NCBI GenBank assembly: GCA_017610205.1
Contig: JAFCCL010000004.1
Span: forward strand, 32,001-96,000
Reading direction: 5' to 3'
From: Candidatus Iainarchaeum sp.
GTDB taxonomy: Archaea; Iainarchaeota; Iainarchaeia; Iainarchaeales; GCA-2688035
Length of the DNA stretch: 64,000 nucleotides
The position numbers and the translations under genes were made by a program. This document shows, piece after piece, positions 57,131-64,000 of the stretch; position 1 is the stretch's first letter; the number at the start of each line of letters is the position of its first letter. The notes beneath the pieces are model-generated. The model had not been told where the DNA came from. It did no database searches and saw only the letters and a program-made list of their open reading frames with translations.

Positions 57131-57783
57131 TATATGAATTGTTCATAAATTGTGTTGTTGAATTTGTATAGGAATTTTTTTATTTTTGAGCCTTTGAAAT
57201 CGTATTTTTGCAGGGCCTCTTCTTTTGTTCCGGAAAAGTCTGCAAATGAATGCTTTTGGCTTGGGTCAAGGGCATAAAATTTTCCCTTGAATTCTGTTGC
57301 AACAAATGCGTGGGTTCTCAGGCTGTCGAGTTCGGAAATTATTACCGATGCCTTTTCATCTCCCAGTGCAAAAAGCAGGGAGCAGAGAAATACTGCAAGG
57401 TCTTCGTCATCCCCTACTTTTGAGGAAAAGATTTCTTTTGGTGAAAGCCAGTAGTTTAGGTTTATTTCTGGTTCAACGTAGCTTATTTTGTTTTGAACAA
57501 ATGAAATTGCTTTTTCTGCTGATGCAAGGTAATCTTTTGGAAAGGCGTATTCCTGCGGTTTTAGGTCTGAGAGAATTGCTTGAATTGTTAGGTCGTCTTT
57601 GTTTACTAGAATTTTTATTTCGCCTATTGTCCTTCTTTCCTTCTCATTTATCAATTCAGCATGTTTTTCAAGTAAAAGTCTGTATAGCTTGCATTGGTTT
57701 AATTTTTCTTTGACGGATGATTCTTCAGCTTGCGCTGGGTCTTCTCCTTCTTCAAAAAACACTTCTTCATTTTCAGGTGGCAT
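57130..57783 (-). CDS. Transglutaminase-like domain protein, catalytic Cys absent
   Basis: YWLSPKE...GDDEDLA, HAFV, LDPS. Confidence 0.75.
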   Translation of the reverse strand: MPPENEEVFFEEGEDPAQAEESSVKEKLNQCKLYRLLLEKHAELINEKERRTIGEIKILVNKDDLTIQAILSDLKPQEYAFPKDYLASAEKAISFVQNKISYVEPEINLNYWLSPKEIFSSKVGDDEDLAVFLCSLLFALGDEKASVIISELDSLRTHAFVATEFKGKFYALDPSQKHSFADFSGTKEEALQKYDFKGSKIKKFLYKFNNTIYEQFI

Positions 57784-57829
57784 TTTTGATTATTGTGCCT
57801 AAAACTGCTTTAAAAAAGATGCTTTTGGC

Positions 57830-59419
57830 TTGAAAGGGGAAAATGTTTTATTTGGGAAAATAGGTAATAATTGCATGAATTTTAAGTGGTTTGAGGACTT
57901 TGCACAAAAAAAAATTTCCTCTTTGGAAAACAGCAAGCTTTCTTTTAAATATTTTGCTGCGGCGTTCTTTTTTGCGGTTGTTTTAAGAATTTTTTTGGAA
58001 AGCTTTTCAGCCCACACTTCAATCAGCTTAAATATCGTGTCTCATTTTTTTCTGTTTTACGTTTCTGTTGCAATGTCGGTAATTATTCTTTTTTGGCTGG
58101 CAACAGGTGAAAAAATAAAAAAAAGTGCCATGGTTGTATTGCCTTCTTTTATTGTGCTGATTGTTGTGCCAATAGTGGACCTTTTGGTTACAGGCGGAAA
58201 AGGGCAGCAAATTACATATTTGCTTCCGGGAATTCATGAAAATCTGTTACTGCGTTTTTTTACATTCACAGGCGAATTTGGGAAGTGGGGGATAAGTTCA
58301 GGGATAAAGGTTGAGGGAGCAATAGTTCTTGTTGCTGCGTTTGTATACTTTTTTGCAAAAAGCAAAAAGGCTGCGCCTGTTTTTAAAATTGCAAAAGGTG
58401 TTTTTTGGACCTTTGTATTGTATGTTCTTATTTTTTCTTACAGTGCAATCCTTTTTCCAATAACCTGGTTTTTTGACTTTGCAGGCATTAATTATGACAC
58501 AGTGGGATTTGCTCCGCCATATGTTTATCTTATTCTTATTTTACTTCAGGCAATAGTTCTGGCATGGGTTGCTAACAAAAATTATTTCAAGGCAATTATT
58601 AGGGAAAGGCAATTGCTTAGGTTAATTCACTTTGAAGCAATGTTTGTTTTGGGAATTGCACTTGGTCTTTATGGAAACATTATGTTTAGGCTGCAGGCTG
58701 AACAGGCATTTAGTTTTGCAATCACTACAATTGCAATTGCATTAACCTGTTTTTATGCAATGTTTTCAAACAATATTGCAGACAGGGAAATTGACATTGT
58801 TTCAAACAAAAAAAGGGCAATTGTAAGCAAATCTATAGAGATTGCCAAATATAAGAAAATGGCGCTGGCTTTTTTGTTGGGAGGGCTTTTTTATGCGGCA
58901 ATGGCAGGCTTTGAAACATTTTTCTTTATGCTGGTTTTTGCAGGAAACTATTTCCTTTATTCAATGCCTCCGTTCAGATTGAAAAGAATTCCAATAATTT
59001 CAAAGGCATTAATTTCTTTCAATTCCCTTATCCTTATCCTTCTTGGATTCGTTTTCATAACTGGAAACCTTGCAGACTTTCCAATCGCAATAATAGCAAT
59101 TTTTCTCATTGGTTTTACCTTTTCAATAAACTTCATTGACTTAAAAGACACAAAAGGAGATAAAAAAACAGGAATAAAAACACTGCCGGTTCTGGTTGGA
59201 ATCAGAAACGCAAAAATTATTACAGGAATTTTCTTTGCAGCAACCTACCTTTCGTTTACTGCAATTGTAAAAGAATGGTGGGCATTACCAACCCTTGTAA
59301 TTCTTGCTATAATACAATTTATTCTAATAAACAGGAAAACTTGCAATGAAAAGCCTGTTCTTGGACTCTACATCCTAAGCATTATTGCCCTAATAATTTA
59401 TCTTGTACTAGGCACCTAG
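57830..59419 (+). CDS. UbiA family prenyltransferase with N-terminal membrane extension
   Basis: NNIADREID, YSMPPFRLKR, DLKDTKGDKKTGIKTL. Confidence 0.85.
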   Translation: MKGENVLFGKIGNNCMNFKWFEDFAQKKISSLENSKLSFKYFAAAFFFAVVLRIFLESFSAHTSISLNIVSHFFLFYVSVAMSVIILFWLATGEKIKKSAMVVLPSFIVLIVVPIVDLLVTGGKGQQITYLLPGIHENLLLRFFTFTGEFGKWGISSGIKVEGAIVLVAAFVYFFAKSKKAAPVFKIAKGVFWTFVLYVLIFSYSAILFPITWFFDFAGINYDTVGFAPPYVYLILILLQAIVLAWVANKNYFKAIIRERQLLRLIHFEAMFVLGIALGLYGNIMFRLQAEQAFSFAITTIAIALTCFYAMFSNNIADREIDIVSNKKRAIVSKSIEIAKYKKMALAFLLGGLFYAAMAGFETFFFMLVFAGNYFLYSMPPFRLKRIPIISKALISFNSLILILLGFVFITGNLADFPIAIIAIFLIGFTFSINFIDLKDTKGDKKTGIKTLPVLVGIRNAKIITGIFFAATYLSFTAIVKEWWALPTLVILAIIQFILINRKTCNEKPVLGLYILSIIALIIYLVLGT

Positions 59420-59484
59420 TAAAAAAAAACCGCTTTTGGAAAAAAAGCGAAATGTTTTATTTAAAGATACTCTATATATAGCAC

Positions 59485-59976
59485 ATGAATAATGAAAAAG
59501 CACAGGTTGCAACAGAATATATTATAATAACAGGATTCATTCTGGCGGTAGTAACCATCATTTTTGCCTATGCATATATTTCAAACAACGAAAATATCAA
59601 AGTAAACCAGGCAAGCACAGCTTTGGACAAAATGGTTAACGCCGCAAACCTTGTATACGCACTTGGCCCAGGAAACATTCAATATATTGAGGTAACATTT
59701 CCACAGGGAATTACAGAAATTCAAGATGTCACAGTATGCAACAGCGGAATACAAAACTACAATCAGGATTGTACAGAAGAGGACGGAGTAAATTTTGGTG
59801 CAATAGAAATGACAGCGGAACTTTTAAGCGGAGAAACATCAATCATGAGAGGGGCAAAAACAGAACTTGAACTTGATGGAGAAATTCCTGAAGATGAACG
59901 AATTCCGGAAAATGCAGGAGTGTACAGAATAAAAATTGAATGGTGCGACGACAAAATCTGCTTGAAGAGTGCTTAA
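59485..59976 (+). CDS. Class III signal (pilin-like) protein
   Basis: KAQVATEYIIITGF + TM. Confidence 0.85.
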   Translation: MNNEKAQVATEYIIITGFILAVVTIIFAYAYISNNENIKVNQASTALDKMVNAANLVYALGPGNIQYIEVTFPQGITEIQDVTVCNSGIQNYNQDCTEEDGVNFGAIEMTAELLSGETSIMRGAKTELELDGEIPEDERIPENAGVYRIKIEWCDDKICLKSA

Positions 59977-60430
59977 TATGTCCAGTCTGAAAGAAAAGGG
60001 GCAGACGCCCATTGAAGTAATTGCAATTGCAGTAATTATTGTAGCCCTGCTTTTGCTTGTATTTACTACAACAATGAGTAGAAATATGGAAACAGACAGA
60101 GTTCTTATAGCAGGAAAAAGCAGCATCCAATGCAATGCAATGGCTTCTACAATTGCAAGGTTGTACAACAACCGGGCAACAACACAAGAAACATTAAACC
60201 TTGAACTAGAAGCAAGACTTAGGAGAGTGGAAGGAAAACAAGGCGGAATAAATGTAGGAGAAGTAAGCTGCAGTTATATTGGAAGTGTAGCAATGTATCC
60301 AGAAGATGGAAAAAAAGACAGCAACCCAGACGATACAGGAACTGACGGAATAACTCTTGCTATAGGCAACTGGTGTTTTGAAAAAAACCCTGATACAAAT
60401 ATTGTAATAACGCCGGGGGAGTGCACTTGA
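59969..60430 (+). CDS. Class III signal (pilin-like) protein
   Basis: KGQTPIEVIAIAV + TM; overlaps neighbours. Confidence 0.85.
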   Translation: MLNMSSLKEKGQTPIEVIAIAVIIVALLLLVFTTTMSRNMETDRVLIAGKSSIQCNAMASTIARLYNNRATTQETLNLELEARLRRVEGKQGGINVGEVSCSYIGSVAMYPEDGKKDSNPDDTGTDGITLAIGNWCFEKNPDTNIVITPGECT

Positions 60431-60927
60431 ATAAAAAAGGCCAGGGTATTGCAATAGACTTCCTTTTTGCAGTTATGATATTCCTACTTGTACTCAATGC
60501 AAGCCTTACATTGATTGACAGCAACAATTCAACAGCCATGGACAAAAACCTCATAGGCGAACTTCAAGCCACTACAAGCCAATCAGTTGACGCACTTGTA
60601 AGAACAGAGGGTTCGCCAAAAGACTGGCAAAACAGAAGTATTGACGAAGCAGTCATAATCGGACTGGCAAAAAGTGACAGGGTTCTTGACAACGACAAGG
60701 TTAATACATTTATTACATGGTCAAAAACTTACAGCAGTAGTGATTACAACATGGTAAAAACATTATTATTAAGTGGTTACGACTTTCATTTCAAGATAGG
60801 CGGACTTGAAGCCCCAGAAGCAAAGCCGCCTATTTGGAACGATATGACAGCAGTAAGAATAAAAAGAATTGTAAATTTTAACGGAGAGGAAGCAATTGCA
60901 GAATTCACAATATACTACCCACAATAA
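60421..60927 (+). CDS. Class III signal (minor pilin-like) protein
   Basis: KKGQGIAIDFLFAV, LVRTEGSPKDW. Confidence 0.85.
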   Translation: MHLNKKGQGIAIDFLFAVMIFLLVLNASLTLIDSNNSTAMDKNLIGELQATTSQSVDALVRTEGSPKDWQNRSIDEAVIIGLAKSDRVLDNDKVNTFITWSKTYSSSDYNMVKTLLLSGYDFHFKIGGLEAPEAKPPIWNDMTAVRIKRIVNFNGEEAIAEFTIYYPQ

Positions 60928-63900
60928 AAAAGGAATGGCAATATCCATTGACGCATTGCTTGCGCTGATAATATTTGTAGCAATGGTTGCATTCATTTCA
61001 ACAGACCCTGCAAGCAACCTAACAACAATACAACCAACGCTTGCAACAAATCAATTGATTGACGACGCAATTGCTGCAATGGATAGAACAGGATTTATAA
61101 TGGAGTGCATTGAAAATGGTGAATTTGAGGAAATGGAAACAAAACTTGAAGCCATGCTGCCAGAAATCATGGACTACAATATTGAAATTATAAGATATGA
61201 GTCACCGCTGGACAAGGCTCCGGACAAGCCTTGCAGAGACATTGATTTAGGCCAAGATTTTGAAACATGCTTTCCATACGACACAAATGTTTACAGCATA
61301 GGAAGTGAACGGCCAACAGACAAAGACATTTTTCACGGGCAAAAAATATTCATAAAAAAAGAATCAGGCGACTGCAGCATTGTATCCGGTTTTGAAGAAA
61401 AGAAAAAATGGCTGGAATTAATATTTGCAGGGGATAACCTACCAGAAGCAAGGGATGTAAACATTACAACAGCAGGCTCATGCCCTGGAAAAAGAAACCC
61501 CTGCCCTGCAATAGAAGAAGGGCAGATGAGATGCTGCTATACATATTACGATGAAGATATCCCACAAAACCCAGAGACTGGTGTTGAATACAAATGGTAT
61601 ATGTATGATGAGGACACAGATTTGTGGGAACCGACAGGCGCAGATTTGCCAACACTTGATTTTGACGAAACTGACGACGCAAAAAGGTTCAAATGCTCTG
61701 TAAGAGTAAGAGATGGTCCAAACCCGTGGGATTGGGGAGCTGACACCAACAGCCCTCTTGCAATAATAGGCGGGCCATGCTTTGTATTTGAATCAGAAGT
61801 AACACAGGGAGAAGAACAAGTAACAGAATACAAGTGCGGAGAAACATACGACATAGATTTCAGCATTTCCGGAAGCTCAGGTGAAAGGATGGAACCTGTT
61901 GACATAATGCTTTCCTTGGACAGAAGCGGAAGCATGAGCTGGCTTGGATTCAATGATGACACAACCGAACTTGCAAAAAGCATTTTTATTGACTCAAGCG
62001 GAGCAAGTGATATTGCATACTTTGGAACAAACAACCAGGTATACAAATTTGGAATAAATAACCAAACAGGAGACCTTACAACACTTACAAATACAAGTTC
62101 AATAGACGACGCACAAGGGCTCTTTGTTGATGACAGCTATGTATATGTTGCCGATGATGAAAGAGGGCTTACAATACTGGACAAAGACGACTTAAGCATT
62201 GTAAGAATAATGGGTAATGACAGCGGGAAAGAGATTACAACAGCAAAAAGCGTCTTTGTTGAAGGAGATTACATTTACCTTGCAGCAGCAGGAACCTACA
62301 TACCCGGAACTGAAAAAAAATATGACGCTGAAATGTACGCGGAAAGAAATCAGGAAGATATAAACATAGGCTATAGCTCAACAGGAAGCTGGGCAGCACA
62401 ATCGTTTATACCAAATGTGCATGACATAAACGGAATAGAACTTGAGGTAAAAAAAATTGCCGGGAGAATTAATCCTGGAAACCTGACAGTTCACATTAGG
62501 CAAACACAAACAGGAACTGACCTGACAAACGGAACAGTGGAAATTGCAGCAGGGGATATTCCAACAAACTGGGATGAATGGATTACAGCCAATTTTAATC
62601 CTTCAGTAAGCGTAACGCCTGAGCAAACCTATTACATTGCACTTACCACAACAACAGAAGGCATAGGGCCTTACTATAAATGGGGAAGCAGGCTAATCAA
62701 TCCAGACCCATACAGCGAAGGAGCACTCTATGCATGCACCTCAGGCGGAATCTGCACAGAGCAATGGATTGAAGGCGAAGGATGGGAGCCTAACGAGTAT
62801 GAAGACGCAAGATTCAGGACTTTTTACTATTCTTCAATTGTAGGAGGATTAATAATAATAGACAAAAGCGACCCAGACCCAAATAATTGGAATATTTTAA
62901 GCAATATGTATAACACAGGAATCGGATTAATAGACAGACCTCAGGATGTTGTTGTCTCAGGAAATTATGCATATTTAACAGACAGAAGCGGCGGAGACGG
63001 TACACAAGGCCTTTGGATAATTGACATAACAGACAAGTTAAGCCCTTCAATGAAAGGATTTGTAGAAGCAAGCAACCCGAATTCAGTGGAAGTTTCAGGA
63101 AACTATGCATATGTAACAGACGGCGGAAACGGAGTAATGGTAATTGATGTAACAAACAAGTCAAACCCTTTGATTGCTCCACCAATAACCGGACTTGGCA
63201 CAGTTGACGACATTGCCCTATATGGAACAAAAATATATGTAAATGCAAATACCCCTGAAGGAGGGGCAAAAAATTACGGAGTGCATGTTATTGACATAAC
63301 AACTCCTGCAGACCCTGTGCTGCAGCAAACATTTTACACACAATTTGTAATTGCAGGAGAAAATGAATATGCATTGGATGTAAGCCCTAACTGGATGGCA
63401 TTGGCAAATGAATATGACCCAGACTTCTTTGAGAATTATAGTGCAATGACATTAAGCAGACAGTTTGGCAACAAAATGAACATTGCAAAGGAGTCCTCAA
63501 AAGAATTTGTCATGTTTGAAGATTGGAAGTCACCGGAAGACCAAATAGGAATCGTCAGCTACGGAGGCAGCCCTGATGTTAACTTAAACAGCGAATTGAA
63601 TGAAGCAAGTACTGAAAACAAGATAGAATTAAACGGCAAGATAGACTTTATAGAGGCATATATGGGAACTCCTATGACAAGCGGCTTGCAGACAGCAGTA
63701 GACGAGCTAAAGCTTCCGCCAACAGGAAATGGAAGCGAGGATGCAATGCAGTTTATAGTTTTGCTGGCAGATGGACAAAACGACGAAGGCGGCTTGAACG
63801 TGGCATACGATGATGCCAGAGCCAATGAGATATATATTTTCACAATAGGATTTGGAGGAGACGTTGACACAACGCAGTTGGAAAACATTTCAAAATGTGC

Positions 63901-64000
63901 TTACTGCCCTGATAATACTGATACTGAAGCAGACTGCACTGACTTTGTGCTTACAGAAAGCTCGGATTGCGGCAGCTATCACCATATAAGCGACCCGGAA
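60896..64000 (+). CDS. Large pilin-like adhesin with split vWA domain and LVIVD repeats (3' partial, >1035 aa)
   Basis: TTG start after GGAGAGGA; KKGMAISIDALLAL; DIMLSLDRSGSM at 61901; IGIVSY, GTPM, IVLLADG, IFTIGFG after 63473; open to the window edge. Confidence 0.88.
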   Translation, partial: MQNSQYTTHNKKGMAISIDALLALIIFVAMVAFISTDPASNLTTIQPTLATNQLIDDAIAAMDRTGFIMECIENGEFEEMETKLEAMLPEIMDYNIEIIRYESPLDKAPDKPCRDIDLGQDFETCFPYDTNVYSIGSERPTDKDIFHGQKIFIKKESGDCSIVSGFEEKKKWLELIFAGDNLPEARDVNITTAGSCPGKRNPCPAIEEGQMRCCYTYYDEDIPQNPETGVEYKWYMYDEDTDLWEPTGADLPTLDFDETDDAKRFKCSVRVRDGPNPWDWGADTNSPLAIIGGPCFVFESEVTQGEEQVTEYKCGETYDIDFSISGSSGERMEPVDIMLSLDRSGSMSWLGFNDDTTELAKSIFIDSSGASDIAYFGTNNQVYKFGINNQTGDLTTLTNTSSIDDAQGLFVDDSYVYVADDERGLTILDKDDLSIVRIMGNDSGKEITTAKSVFVEGDYIYLAAAGTYIPGTEKKYDAEMYAERNQEDINIGYSSTGSWAAQSFIPNVHDINGIELEVKKIAGRINPGNLTVHIRQTQTGTDLTNGTVEIAAGDIPTNWDEWITANFNPSVSVTPEQTYYIALTTTTEGIGPYYKWGSRLINPDPYSEGALYACTSGGICTEQWIEGEGWEPNEYEDARFRTFYYSSIVGGLIIIDKSDPDPNNWNILSNMYNTGIGLIDRPQDVVVSGNYAYLTDRSGGDGTQGLWIIDITDKLSPSMKGFVEASNPNSVEVSGNYAYVTDGGNGVMVIDVTNKSNPLIAPPITGLGTVDDIALYGTKIYVNANTPEGGAKNYGVHVIDITTPADPVLQQTFYTQFVIAGENEYALDVSPNWMALANEYDPDFFENYSAMTLSRQFGNKMNIAKESSKEFVMFEDWKSPEDQIGIVSYGGSPDVNLNSELNEASTENKIELNGKIDFIEAYMGTPMTSGLQTAVDELKLPPTGNGSEDAMQFIVLLADGQNDEGGLNVAYDDARANEIYIFTIGFGGDVDTTQLENISKCAYCPDNTDTEADCTDFVLTESSDCGSYHHISDPE

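Noticed and set aside
56961-57146. 61-aa ORF across the GC-rich element
   Set aside because: Atypical composition; probably open only because GC-rich sequence lacks stops.

Overview
AT-rich archaeal chromosome segment, most likely a DPANN lineage (Diapherotrites/Iainarchaeota-like; the taxonomy is inference from gene content). Housekeeping genes include hel308, nac, psmB-aCPSF1, taw1, an Rqc2 N-terminal half and a geranylgeranyl reductase. Metabolic genes include a gap-pgk-[NiFe] group 3b hydrogenase run with an unusual accessory block and a sugar-phosphate cluster. Surface proteins are many: a >1500-aa protein running off the left edge, three VPE/DF-CTERM proteins, three dispersed modular pilins, and a pilin operon ending in a split-vWA adhesin. 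Mobile or accessory DNA includes an IS1341-like tnpB, a free-standing LAGLIDADG gene and vapBC. The most unusual signal is that at least five genes are followed by a second copy ('echo') of their own last codons, each with its own in-frame stop. One echo brackets a 1-kb integrase-free island that carries a decayed copy of the hel308 5' end and promoter. A shared 13-bp motif (TTTCCGGTAAAAA on the + strand) lies just upstream of the TATA boxes of hel308, its pseudocopy, tnpB and the LAGLIDADG gene. No rRNA, tRNA or CRISPR array was found. All calls come from reading the sequence by eye, not from database searches.
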